From IMG/VR virus record IMGVR_UViG_3300034111_001022, positions 1 to 56,372 of that record: a stretch of 56,372 nucleotides of DNA; one strand, given 5' to 3'. A program made the position numbers and the translations under genes. The DNA comes from a virus (taxonomy: Duplodnaviria > Caudoviricetes). Below are positions 25,434 to 35,687 of this stretch, one piece after another. Numbering within the stretch: position 1 is the stretch's first letter; every line of letters starts with the position of its first letter. Under the pieces are notes generated by a model that searched no databases, was not told the DNA's origin, and saw only the letters and a program-made list of their open reading frames with translations.

Positions 25434-28400
25434 CATTATAGCTAGGGTAGTCTTTTTTATCGACAAGACTTGATTCATATGTGCCAAACTTGAATTTTTT
25501 ATTTGCGTCTTTTCCGTAGATATTATATAGGGTATGCTCAATGTCTCCAGTCGAGTCGGTCATAAAATTAAAGATAACAGCTGATCCATCTTGTGGTCGA
25601 TGTTGTATTGCAACATCCTCCCCTAGTATTTTGCCAAGTGTAACAATATCTTTTTCAGTAACATTATTAACCTTAATGGCTGTACTACCAGCTGGTTTTT
25701 TTTGTGGAACAAAACGAACAACACTCATCGCTTCTTGATCTGTGTCACTACCAAATTGAGCAAGTTGTGCATTGTAGTCTGATAATGGTCCTAATTTTCT
25801 AGGTAATTTAACGGAGTACGCTCGATTAAACTCTATTCCTTTATTACCACCCCAAGCACCTTGACCAGTCTCGACGTTATAGTTACCTAATCCTGACGTA
25901 CGCAACGCCTCTTGTGCGCGCTCATCTGCTAACTCTAAACCTGCTGGGTCGTTTGCTAATTCGCCAGTATTTCTCATGCGGTACGTGTTTTGTAATAAGC
26001 CTGGCGACGTTGATTCCATCACAGCCACTGGTGGGTTCATTACTTTTCTTAGTAATGGGCTAGCTGCTTTATAGGCAGCTTTACCAGCTTTTACAAATGG
26101 GACCTGCATACCAGCTAAGTTAAGAAAATCAAACGCGTTAACATCACCGTATACGTTTTCATACGTCATCCCCCCTGTAGCCGGGCTAGGTACCCACTTA
26201 CCACCACGTACAAAGCCAGGTTGTCCAGAGGTAGTGTAGTCATATACGGTTTCTGGTAGTTGACCAAATAAAAGATCAGTGCCTATTTTTAATTCACCGT
26301 TTACTACATCGGACTCTCTTGTTGGTCTAGAAGAGGCTACGATTGAGCCAACAACAGGCACGTAGTTTGGATCAATACCCATCGAAGAAAGTGTTTTACC
26401 TGTAAAAGATGGCGCCTTATCTAACGCTGTTCGCAAATATTCTAAACCCTTAGATGCAAGGCGCCCAGTGCTACCAAGGTATTTATCTGTCAATCTGTCT
26501 CTTTCAGCGACCATATTGTGTACAAGATTACCCCGGTCTGAAATGTTTGCGCGATCTAACGTTGTCCTTGGAGGCACATCCATAAAACTGTTGCTAGCAT
26601 CTAACACATAACCATACGGGTTATTTACACGAGAACTACCATCAATGTATTTTGAACTATTAGCAAGATCAACCTTGCCGCCATCATCGTAGCCTTGTAC
26701 TAGGCCGCCTTCTGCCAAGTGTGTTTTTTTCAATATGACTAAGTCTCTAGCTGTTTCAGGTGATACACCAAGGCGATTTGCAGTGTCGCCAATTAATTTT
26801 GATATTAGTTCTAATTTAGGTGCGCCTATCGGCGATGTTACACCCGTGGCTCCAGAGCCTGACCCCCACACAACTGCTTGCGCAGGTACACTTTCTAGCT
26901 CCATTGGTTTTGCAATTTTCTCTTCCCACCAAGGGCCGAGTGACACCATTTCTGGTACCGAAGCACTTGCGTTTGGTAAAACTTCTACTCCTTTTTTAGT
27001 TCTTGCTCCACGTACATCGGGTAGACCTACTAATCTTGACCAGTGCGCGTCACCTACGGGCCAGCTTGTTTGAAATCCTGTTTCTGGTACACCTGACGCG
27101 GCTATGTAGCTCGGCACTTTTGCAGAGCCCATATCTAAAAAACCAGACTCAAGGTACTTACTCATTGGCAACCCATGTGCTGTGGAATGATATGGATGCC
27201 CAAGAATATTTTGCATATCTGCCGGGCCAGTTCCGGCTTTACGGCCATATTTTAAAAAGTCAGAAAAACGATTTTCGGAATCTAACCAATTTGCAGCGGA
27301 GCCTCTATTAAGTTCAACTAATACTTCTGACCCTGGTGATGCCATACCAGTAAGCGTGTTAAATCTGTTATATTCTTTAATTGCGTTTTCTAAACCATAC
27401 AGTTCAACATACCTATTAAAAAGCGGGTCCATTGTGTACCATGACGCCATGCCTTTATATAACTCTGGTGAATTTTTTGATTCACCAATAATATCTTGTA
27501 TCCTTTGTACATTTCTTGGGTTCATTACCTCTTCTGCGTGACCTGCCCCAGTAGCATTTGGCGCTGCTTTAAATGGACGTTCAGTAATATTCCCCTTACG
27601 CCTGCCTTGTTCTGTTATATTAAATAAATCATCTCTAGTTACGCCAAATAATCTTTTAAGTAATGGCGATTCTTCCTCAACGCGAGATGTTGCTTCCGCA
27701 ACTAGTTGTTTAGGGTCGGAATATATGCCTGGGTACGCTACTCGTTTTGGACGCATTACCGTTGCTGATTTTTTAGCGGCGACGTCTGCTGCTTTTTTAG
27801 CAGCTGCTTTTTTTGCAAGGATTGCTGCAACAGCACCACCAGCCCCAAACTTAGCCGGTTCTTGTTCTGGTTCTCTACTGTCACGGTAGTAGTTTAAGGC
27901 AGGGGCAGCGAGTGACGTTAAGCCACCGATGACTTTAAGGCCTGCACCAACGGGGCCAATCGGTGGAATCATAGACAACGCACCGCCAACAGCACCAACG
28001 CCACTGATTGCTGCACCAGGGTAGTCGCCTTGCTTAAAGCGCTCACGGGCTTCAACAACATCTAAGCCAGCACCGGCACCCGGCAACATAGACATACCAG
28101 GTATTCTGCTCAAGTAACGAGCGACGGTTGTACCAACACCAGGGGCTTTATTAGCCGCAGCCTTAGCGTAGTCTGCTTTAGCCACATCTAAATTAGCTTG
28201 CGCTATGGTCTTGCCGGTTGGGCCTTTCTCTGTTAGGTTGCGTAAGCGATCCGCCTCTTTTTGAGCAGCGCCTTCTGCTTTCTCTGCAGCCTTGATTAAA
28301 CGTTGGTGCTCTGCATCAGCGGCGGCCAACTCTTTTTGTGCAGCAAGCTGCTCTGGATTATAGACAGACGCGCCAGAGTATTTGTCAGGAACAATTAGGC

Positions 28401-29421
28401 GTGACTTTTGTGAGTACCCAGGGCCTGCGCTCTCGGTACCTTTACGCACAACGTTTGCCTCATGCACCTCACCCATAACGTTAGAGTGACGCATCGCGCC
28501 AGAGCCAATACCACCTTGCTGCGTAACGCCACCAGGGGTAGTCTTAACTGTCTCTTCTAACACACCGTAGCGACGAGCGTTTTCTGTAGCCTTAGCCAAG
28601 CGTTCTTCTGCGGCCAATTGCGCCTGGCGTAAACGAGCAGCCTCTTTTACTGAGTTCTCTGTGGCGGCGGATTGTATTTTAAGACGACCAGTGTGCTCAC
28701 CCTCTCTTGCTGACACGCGAGTCTCACCAGCCACGACGCGTTTTTCCGCAGCGGCCGCTTGACGTTGTGCTACTTTTTCTGCAGCCTCGGCTTGTTTAAG
28801 CTTAGTCTCAGTGTAGGCACCACTAGCCGCACCGGCTGTTGCACCAGTTACGGCACCAGCTGCCTCAGCGCCAATATCACGTTGAAACGCGGCATTCTCT
28901 TCCGGTAATGACTGAATAACTGGCACATCATTTACATCAATGTCAGCGCCTTTTGGTTTATACAGTCTATCTAGCTGATCAATATAGTCAAGTGTTTCTA
29001 TATCAAGACCGCTAAGGTCATCTGTCTCTAAAAACTTGTCCGCTACACCAGGGCCAGCGTTGTAAGCAATGCCTGCAACGTATGGGTCCTTATACTTGTC
29101 GAGCATTGTCTTAAAGTAAGTGACCCCACCAGCAATATTTTGATCGATGTTATTAGGGTCAACGCCTAAGTCTTTAGCCGTGCCAGGCATAAGTTGCATT
29201 GGTCCTAACGCACCCTTGGGGGATGGGCCAGTTTTAAAACGGTTCTCTATGTGCGCAAGAGACAACATAAGATCAGGGTCGACACCCTGTCTTTCTGCCT
29301 CGTCAAAGATTTTATTGGCTATAAGCTTTTGATCGTCGGTTAACTTGTCGTAATTAATAGATGAGGTATCATCAGGCGTGACGGGTACTGGTTTAAGCGT
29401 CATCTTTACATTGTCAGCCAT
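25360..29421 (-). CDS. Internal virion/ejection protein with N-terminal lytic transglycosylase and appended modules
   Basis: IEN.F..GALGPMQLMPGTA...NIAGG..Y...AYNAGPG SLT motifs; modules follow FGAGG and LAEGG/YDDGG. Confidence 0.8.
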   Translation of the reverse strand: MADNVKMTLKPVPVTPDDTSSINYDKLTDDQKLIANKIFDEAERQGVDPDLMLSLAHIENRFKTGPSPKGALGPMQLMPGTAKDLGVDPNNIDQNIAGGVTYFKTMLDKYKDPYVAGIAYNAGPGVADKFLETDDLSGLDIETLDYIDQLDRLYKPKGADIDVNDVPVIQSLPEENAAFQRDIGAEAAGAVTGATAGAASGAYTETKLKQAEAAEKVAQRQAAAAEKRVVAGETRVSAREGEHTGRLKIQSAATENSVKEAARLRQAQLAAEERLAKATENARRYGVLEETVKTTPGGVTQQGGIGSGAMRHSNVMGEVHEANVVRKGTESAGPGYSQKSRLIVPDKYSGASVYNPEQLAAQKELAAADAEHQRLIKAAEKAEGAAQKEADRLRNLTEKGPTGKTIAQANLDVAKADYAKAAANKAPGVGTTVARYLSRIPGMSMLPGAGAGLDVVEARERFKQGDYPGAAISGVGAVGGALSMIPPIGPVGAGLKVIGGLTSLAAPALNYYRDSREPEQEPAKFGAGGAVAAILAKKAAAKKAADVAAKKSATVMRPKRVAYPGIYSDPKQLVAEATSRVEEESPLLKRLFGVTRDDLFNITEQGRRKGNITERPFKAAPNATGAGHAEEVMNPRNVQRIQDIIGESKNSPELYKGMASWYTMDPLFNRYVELYGLENAIKEYNRFNTLTGMASPGSEVLVELNRGSAANWLDSENRFSDFLKYGRKAGTGPADMQNILGHPYHSTAHGLPMSKYLESGFLDMGSAKVPSYIAASGVPETGFQTSWPVGDAHWSRLVGLPDVRGARTKKGVEVLPNASASVPEMVSLGPWWEEKIAKPMELESVPAQAVVWGSGSGATGVTSPIGAPKLELISKLIGDTANRLGVSPETARDLVILKKTHLAEGGLVQGYDDGGKVDLANSSKYIDGSSRVNNPYGYVLDASNSFMDVPPRTTLDRANISDRGNLVHNMVAERDRLTDKYLGSTGRLASKGLEYLRTALDKAPSFTGKTLSSMGIDPNYVPVVGSIVASSRPTRESDVVNGELKIGTDLLFGQLPETVYDYTTSGQPGFVRGGKWVPSPATGGMTYENVYGDVNAFDFLNLAGMQVPFVKAGKAAYKAASPLLRKVMNPPVAVMESTSPGLLQNTYRMRNTGELANDPAGLELADERAQEALRTSGLGNYNVETGQGAWGGNKGIEFNRAYSVKLPRKLGPLSDYNAQLAQFGSDTDQEAMSVVRFVPQKKPAGSTAIKVNNVTEKDIVTLGKILGEDVAIQHRPQDGSAVIFNFMTDSTGDIEHTLYNIYGKDANKKFKFGTYESSLVDKKDYPSYNVNPKTPKLVSVEQKARSHDARKKK

Positions 29422-29423
29422 GA

Positions 29424-32060
29424 TTATTTTCCTTCTTTGTTTTTACGATTAACGCGCTCTTGTCTTATCCGTTCTGCTAAGCTACCGCCAGCAGAGCTGG
29501 CTGCAACAGGTATGCCATTCTTCTCAGCAAACGCACGGTATTTAGTTTCGTAGTTGTCGTTGATACGTTTATACTCAGGCGTTTGATAGAAAGAACGTGG
29601 GCCAGCCTCTGGGTGCTGCTCTTTGTATTTTTCAAAGGCGTCAACAATTTTTTCTTGCTTCTCAGCGCCAATAGTAATCATACCCGCTTTAAGTTGAACG
29701 GTCTTAGCGTTATCAGAAAGCTGTGGACCAATGAACTTGGTTAACGCACCCTCCATGTTAGACACAGCGCCTTCGCCTTTTAAGAACATCTTACGGTAAC
29801 CAACCTCAATCAACGCTATAGGTGCAGCGGCTAATTGACGAACAGCGGCCTCTGGGCCAGTTAGTTTAAGCTTAGCGATAGGCTCTTCAACGGCCAAACC
29901 AACGCTACCCCACGGCGTATTAACACCAGTATCAACTAGGCTAGCCAGTGCGTTTGAGAACGTAGGATCGGCAAGGATACCAAATGATTTAGGGCTCTTT
30001 GTAGCGTAACCAAGTACAAGGTTTGCCGCATCTTTTTGTTGCTTAGCAAACGATTTTTGAGCTAACAAGTCACCACTCGCCGCAATGTCGGCTTTAGACT
30101 GCTCAACCAAACCAGTCTTTTTAGCTTCCATTTGCTCTTGCGATAACGGCACTTGTCTAGACGCAGCAGGTGCCGCTTGAGCAGGCTCAGCAGTAGGCGC
30201 TGTCGTTGGAGCTAAACGAGTAGGCAATGTGTTTGTGGCATAGAACGTACGAGCCTCAGGGCCAGTAAGTTTAAACGTACCGCCTAACTCAGGGATAGCC
30301 ACGTCAACCATTTCAAGTTTACCCTGTAGGTTCTCTTGAATAATCGCGTCACCCTGCTGAGGGGTTAATGAGTTGTTAGCAACTAAGAATTTAACGCCTC
30401 TGATTAAATCAGACGGTTTGTTTTGTTCTTTTGCCATCTCGACCAATGTTTTAACCGCATCAGCTGGATCTTGAGATAACAACAACGCCTTCATGTTGTC
30501 TGGAATACCTGTATCATACCCGCTAACTTTGCCACCATCAGTTGAACGAGGTGTTGGTGTTAGGTATTGCTCAATCATGCGACGTTTACCCTCGTCCATT
30601 TCCATCTCGTATTGTTTTTGAGCTAACTCTGAGCGAGCCTGTAGGCGTTGCAAGTCTGCAGCTTGGTTGGCAATCCTAGCCTTGCGTTTTTCAGCTTGGT
30701 GACCTGCCTCAACGGCAGTCATGTGCTGCAAGCCCTCACCGAAAGAGCCAGTCTTGCCTGGATCCAAGAACGCTGCGGCACGATTTAACCACATCTCAGA
30801 CTCAGTAGGGCCAGTGTCTCGGCCAACTGGCGCGGTAGACAAAGACGTTTGTAATTGTTTTAGTAACGCCTTGCGCTCAGCATTAGCTCGCATTACCTCA
30901 GGGTCTTGCGTGTAAGACGTCGTTGGCGCTGCCATTACTGGCGCGTCTTGTTGTGTTGGGTACTCCAACTGACCTTGTGCGTACTGATCAGCGAACGCTT
31001 GGCCACCGTCGACCAGTTCCGCTGGGTCTTGTGTGTCAACGTAACCCTCTTCAGCGTAGCCTGGTACCATGCCACCGCGTTTAAAGTATTGACCGTAGTC
31101 AGTCATAACAGAGCCGTGTAAGTCTTCACCACCTGATACCGCTCCACCTTCAGCGTAACCATCAATTAGTCCACCCTTGGCTGCACCAGTTAAACCTTTA
31201 TAAGTAGCAAACGCACCCGCAACTTGAGACAACGGGCTAGGCGTGTATTGTGTTTGATAGCCTGAAGATGTGCCTGTTGTTGGAATTGCAGCTGGAGGAA
31301 GTCCACGCAACGTGGTACTCATGTTGTTAATTTGCGTTTGAGGATAGTTTATTTGATTTTGAAAATCTTGATAAGCTACGTCTAAACCTTTTTGTTGTCT
31401 TGCTTCTTGAGATGCACCTACAGACTCTAATGCAGCAGCGTCGGCAATACTTAAACCTTGTTGCATTTTGGCTAAATCGCCAGCTTGAGATAGCGCACCT
31501 TGTTGGCGAGTTAAATCGGCTGCACTTGCGTTCAGCGCTTGTGTATACCCTGTATTTAGTGCTTGTGTTTGATTGGCTAATATTGCCTCTTGCGTGTCAC
31601 GCAACGCTCTTCCGCCAAAGTCTCCCATGCCTGTTGAGCCAAATTGACCGGCCTTAATAAATTGATCGCTTACCCCCGGCAATAGATTTTCAGACAAGTT
31701 GCGGGCACCAAGCTTAGCGATTTGATCCGTCACGTTTTGAGTGTACGGATTCATGTACGCATTTATATTGCCGACAGATGTTGCGCCAGCTAAGTTTTGA
31801 GTGCCTGCAATTGCATTTTGTATAGTAGGCTGATAGGCACCTGAAGTGCTTCTTATCAAATCCTGTGCTTGTGTGGTTGCGGCAGATTGTCCTGCAATCC
31901 TTGGCAATTGATATTGCTGATACGGAGTTGCAGAAACAGCGCGTTGTTGCGAGAACAAATCTACCGTATAGTCTTGTAGCCATTTTGGCACGTCCGCCGT
32001 GGTTGCGGCGTAACTAGGTGCCTGAAGCGGTTGCCCTGCAAATAAAGAAGAAGAAGCCAT
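29424..32060 (-). CDS. Putative DNA ejection/pilot protein
   Basis: Gln/Ala-rich helical, YMNPYTQNV motif, position in ejection cluster, four clustered AxGG-type motifs. Confidence 0.65.
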   Translation of the reverse strand: MASSSLFAGQPLQAPSYAATTADVPKWLQDYTVDLFSQQRAVSATPYQQYQLPRIAGQSAATTQAQDLIRSTSGAYQPTIQNAIAGTQNLAGATSVGNINAYMNPYTQNVTDQIAKLGARNLSENLLPGVSDQFIKAGQFGSTGMGDFGGRALRDTQEAILANQTQALNTGYTQALNASAADLTRQQGALSQAGDLAKMQQGLSIADAAALESVGASQEARQQKGLDVAYQDFQNQINYPQTQINNMSTTLRGLPPAAIPTTGTSSGYQTQYTPSPLSQVAGAFATYKGLTGAAKGGLIDGYAEGGAVSGGEDLHGSVMTDYGQYFKRGGMVPGYAEEGYVDTQDPAELVDGGQAFADQYAQGQLEYPTQQDAPVMAAPTTSYTQDPEVMRANAERKALLKQLQTSLSTAPVGRDTGPTESEMWLNRAAAFLDPGKTGSFGEGLQHMTAVEAGHQAEKRKARIANQAADLQRLQARSELAQKQYEMEMDEGKRRMIEQYLTPTPRSTDGGKVSGYDTGIPDNMKALLLSQDPADAVKTLVEMAKEQNKPSDLIRGVKFLVANNSLTPQQGDAIIQENLQGKLEMVDVAIPELGGTFKLTGPEARTFYATNTLPTRLAPTTAPTAEPAQAAPAASRQVPLSQEQMEAKKTGLVEQSKADIAASGDLLAQKSFAKQQKDAANLVLGYATKSPKSFGILADPTFSNALASLVDTGVNTPWGSVGLAVEEPIAKLKLTGPEAAVRQLAAAPIALIEVGYRKMFLKGEGAVSNMEGALTKFIGPQLSDNAKTVQLKAGMITIGAEKQEKIVDAFEKYKEQHPEAGPRSFYQTPEYKRINDNYETKYRAFAEKNGIPVAASSAGGSLAERIRQERVNRKNKEGK

Positions 32061-33892
32061 TATCGTAATCCGCCTTTCATATAAGCTAATGGGGATTTAG
32101 CATCTGGGCTGAATTTACCCTTAGCCAATGCCCTGCCTTTTTGTTGTCTAATACCTTGCCGCATTTGGTCTAGCATTGCCGCACCTGCTTTGGTTGAACC
32201 GTTGCCTAATAATGCCACAGTTTCGGCGTCAATAACGTACTCGCCGTCAGATAATCTTGCCTCTATGCTGTCTGATCTGCCAGTGCCTGGACCTTGTACG
32301 GCGTATGACATCTGGCTTAACGCTCCCTGTGGTTTTCTATTTGCTCGACCGCCTTTAGCTTTTTGCACAGTATATGTTGGCGCAGTATAAGTCTGCTCAA
32401 TACCTTGCGACAAGTTAGCCATCAGTTTTTCATATTCTGGAGTGCCTTGTGCTGGGAAAGTAGTCATGTTTGGGCTAAATGTGTAATTGGTCAGCGAGCG
32501 CAGCATGCCTTCTTTTTGTTGTGCAGTTAATGCAGGGTCTTGCATGATTGCATCATTTGCTTGTTGTGGTGTTTTACCAGCAATCAAACTGCCGATCAAA
32601 CCTAATTTAGCAATGTCGCCAAAACTAACCCCTGTCGATGGCACAGCACCAGCATTAGCAGTTTGAGCTAATGCGCCTGTAGCTTGCGGAGTTGGAGTCG
32701 GTGCTAAATTTGCAGCGTAACCGCCTGTGTTGGAAGTAATGTCTAGCTTATTGCCAACTTGACCGTCACCATATGTTCCAGTATTTGTTGCAGCACCTAA
32801 ATCAAATTTTCCTGTAGCTGAATTATACATACCATCTTCAGGACTTACAGTAGGCGCACCTTTAACTGTGTCTGACGCTTGATTGACAGGATCCCCTGGG
32901 AATAAATTAGAGGCCAAGCTAGCTAATCCAGAAGCACCTGCGCTAGTTGCAATACCTTTTAAACCTTGACCAGTATTTGCCGCTGCTTGCGCACCAATAG
33001 CCATGTTTTGTGCCATGCCTTCTGGCAATACATTTCCATATTTATCAACAAGACCAGGAGCGTAGTTAGCTAAAGCCCCTGCAGTTAGTGCACCAGTTAT
33101 TGGGTTTTTACCTGCCAATGCCGATGTTGCACCGCCTAGTATGCCAGAGCCAAGCACTTCGTTGCTTAGTCCTCCAAAATTGCTAATAGCACTATTCGCG
33201 TAAGAACCTAGACTTGCTGTTAGTCCTTTGCCTAGACCTCCTGGACCTAGTGCTGCGCCTAAGCCACCTAATATTGCACCGCCAAATCCACCGCTCTTAG
33301 CCCCTTGGATAGCACCATATGCTGCACCTAAATATGGTCCTACCACTGGTATAAAATTAAGAGCTATCGGTGCAACAGCTTTTACAATAGACTTAACTGC
33401 TTTTTTAAATTTCTTGAAAAGCCCAAACTCCATTAAACCTGTTTGTGGATTGATAGTACCTGAACCGCCTAAGCGTTTAAGGAACATCGCTTCGTGCGGA
33501 CTGATGTGAGCTAGCATGGTATCTGAATCACGACCTTGTGACTGAACTTGCTGCGCAGCTTGTGATAACCCTCCCCGCGCAAATCCTTGACCACCACGTT
33601 GTTGTAGCCCTTGTAAGGCAAGCAGGAAGATAGCAATAAACAACGGATCAAACTGTTCTGGGAAGTCCCCTTCATCAAGCACACCCGCCTGAATAGTCTC
33701 TTGAATGACACTCTCATAGCTTTCAGGATTCTCAGCAACCTGACTAAACAGGTTAATCATCTGCGTAATCACCTCTGGCGTGACGTCGGGGTCTTGTCCC
33801 AGTGCCTGCGCAGCTTGGTCCACCATCTGTTTAAGATTGTCTGGTCCTAATTTCTGTGCGACCAGTTTGATTAAATTGTCTTTGTTTGCCAT
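32060..33892 (-). CDS. Putative internal virion/ejection protein
   Basis: Start re-assigned to MANKD (AGGGG RBS); glycine-zipper hydrophobic region; GPGTGRSDSIEARLSDGEYV domain. Confidence 0.65.
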   Translation of the reverse strand: MANKDNLIKLVAQKLGPDNLKQMVDQAAQALGQDPDVTPEVITQMINLFSQVAENPESYESVIQETIQAGVLDEGDFPEQFDPLFIAIFLLALQGLQQRGGQGFARGGLSQAAQQVQSQGRDSDTMLAHISPHEAMFLKRLGGSGTINPQTGLMEFGLFKKFKKAVKSIVKAVAPIALNFIPVVGPYLGAAYGAIQGAKSGGFGGAILGGLGAALGPGGLGKGLTASLGSYANSAISNFGGLSNEVLGSGILGGATSALAGKNPITGALTAGALANYAPGLVDKYGNVLPEGMAQNMAIGAQAAANTGQGLKGIATSAGASGLASLASNLFPGDPVNQASDTVKGAPTVSPEDGMYNSATGKFDLGAATNTGTYGDGQVGNKLDITSNTGGYAANLAPTPTPQATGALAQTANAGAVPSTGVSFGDIAKLGLIGSLIAGKTPQQANDAIMQDPALTAQQKEGMLRSLTNYTFSPNMTTFPAQGTPEYEKLMANLSQGIEQTYTAPTYTVQKAKGGRANRKPQGALSQMSYAVQGPGTGRSDSIEARLSDGEYVIDAETVALLGNGSTKAGAAMLDQMRQGIRQQKGRALAKGKFSPDAKSPLAYMKGGLR

Positions 33893-33905
33893 TTTATTAC
33901 CCCTA

Positions 33906-34139
33906 TTATGCCTGCAGTGCCTTGCACAAGCCGTCTGCCCAATCATTCCATTCAAAAAATGCGTACGGGCTTGGGACGTTATACCCCGCTAACCCTGGGG
34001 TTGTTACGAATTGTACACCCCAATTTTGCCAATAATCATCATTATCTAACCGCTGAATAACAATATACTCGGCTAAATCATACGATACTTGATCCGCCCA
34101 ATCGCGCAATCCCATATTTTTTGGCAGCGTAATAATCAT
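33906..34139 (-). CDS. Small Trp-rich putative virion protein
   Basis: Overlaps nozzle gene stop; 77 aa. Confidence 0.65.
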   Translation of the reverse strand: MIITLPKNMGLRDWADQVSYDLAEYIVIQRLDNDDYWQNWGVQFVTTPGLAGYNVPSPYAFFEWNDWADGLCKALQA

Positions 34140-35686
34140 CCGCCAAGTACAGTCCCGTCGCCTGGTTCAACGTGTAGTAACACTTGCCCCATTTGGTAGT
34201 CGCCGCCTAATGTATTGCTTTCAAACTTAAGTCGTAGCTCACGACGCTGCTCTTTCATCATTACGACTTGCTTAGACGGCAACAACGTTGCATCCTCAGG
34301 GAATGTCACGGTGTTACTGTCTTCTGTTTTAGCACGAGCATTGGCACGGCCAGTGACAGTCACGTTCATATCGCCTTTTTGCACAAAATCCGGCTCAATA
34401 GCATTAATTTTAAGCTTACGATTTTGATTATTCATAACAGCCAACGAGATGTCTGAAGTCACAAAGTTAGATTTAATAGGGTTGATTAGCAACCCACTAA
34501 TTGAGTTTAAACCAATCTCGTGCCGCCACACATTATAAACAGGATCACCCTCTGTATTAAGTGTCGTACTAGCAGACGTCATAATTGGTGCAGCGTACAA
34601 TTGACTGAAAGAAGCAGCAGTACGGCCATCCGCAGGTAAAATAGTGTCGTACCATGTGTTTTCACGCACATTATAAATGATTGCGTGAGTACACTCTGTA
34701 GCATCACCGAATGGGAAGCACCACCAAATTTCACCAAAGCGCGGCACCTTCATTGCAAATACTTTTTCACGCTGTGTCTGATTTAAGTTATCAAAGAACC
34801 AGTTAACGTTCATGGTGTTTGGCACTTCGCGCACCACACCGTTAAATGACAAGAATCGATCTACGCCAATCCAATAGTAAATACCGTCGTACTCAATCAC
34901 GCAGTTTTTAGATAAAATTGAGGTTTCAGTAGAGATAGTATCAAACTGAAATACTGTTGCGCCACCTGTAAATGACACACGAATCAATGAATCGTAAGAC
35001 CAAAATAGCCCGGCTGGAGCAGAGCCAGCGCCGGCACGAAGAGGCATGGCTTTAACTACCTTTTGCCCTGTTACACGAGCTTGCCCAGAGCCTGATCCAG
35101 TCAAGTCGCCAGGTTTACCAGCAACAGACCATCCTACAATTCCATTTTCACCGTAGTAGAAAAGATAAGGGTGCAACACGACGATGCCGCCGTTAGGGTT
35201 GATGCCTGCAGGCAATGTAACTGCGGTTAAAGCAGATGTACCTACAATATCACCCTGGTAAATGTAACCAGCCTCAGAACTAACAATATTGTTTAAGTCG
35301 CTTGTTACGTGTGCAATTAATTGGTTAGTGGTTGAGACAGACGAAAACATCACATCAAACATCCACTCGTTGTAGCCTGGTGATGGTAACCCAGACGGAG
35401 TTCGATCAATAATAACAGAGGTATTGTTGTTAGAATCCAGTAAAAAACGACTCAAAAGATTTTCTGATCCTGAGTGGCAATAGATAGCGTTATTTTTAGA
35501 GTACGTGTGAAACCCACGTGATATTTCAGTTAGCCACGTTTGAATAGCTCGACAGCCGCCAATTTTACGTGGCAAGCCGCGTTGAAAACGAGTCCACTCG
35601 CCGTCAACATAATAATCGCCCTCAAATACAGTCCCATCCCGTTTAATACCAGGATTAGTTTTAAGGACCATTACATTGGCGGCCAT
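34136..35686 (-). CDS. Tail nozzle/head-stabilisation protein (P22 gp10/T7 gp12-like)
   Basis: Beta-rich, FGEIWWCFP...AIIYNVRENTWY; synteny; start re-assigned to MAANV. Confidence 0.6.
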   Translation of the reverse strand: MAANVMVLKTNPGIKRDGTVFEGDYYVDGEWTRFQRGLPRKIGGCRAIQTWLTEISRGFHTYSKNNAIYCHSGSENLLSRFLLDSNNNTSVIIDRTPSGLPSPGYNEWMFDVMFSSVSTTNQLIAHVTSDLNNIVSSEAGYIYQGDIVGTSALTAVTLPAGINPNGGIVVLHPYLFYYGENGIVGWSVAGKPGDLTGSGSGQARVTGQKVVKAMPLRAGAGSAPAGLFWSYDSLIRVSFTGGATVFQFDTISTETSILSKNCVIEYDGIYYWIGVDRFLSFNGVVREVPNTMNVNWFFDNLNQTQREKVFAMKVPRFGEIWWCFPFGDATECTHAIIYNVRENTWYDTILPADGRTAASFSQLYAAPIMTSASTTLNTEGDPVYNVWRHEIGLNSISGLLINPIKSNFVTSDISLAVMNNQNRKLKINAIEPDFVQKGDMNVTVTGRANARAKTEDSNTVTFPEDATLLPSKQVVMMKEQRRELRLKFESNTLGGDYQMGQVLLHVEPGDGTVLGG

Positions 35687-35687
35687 G

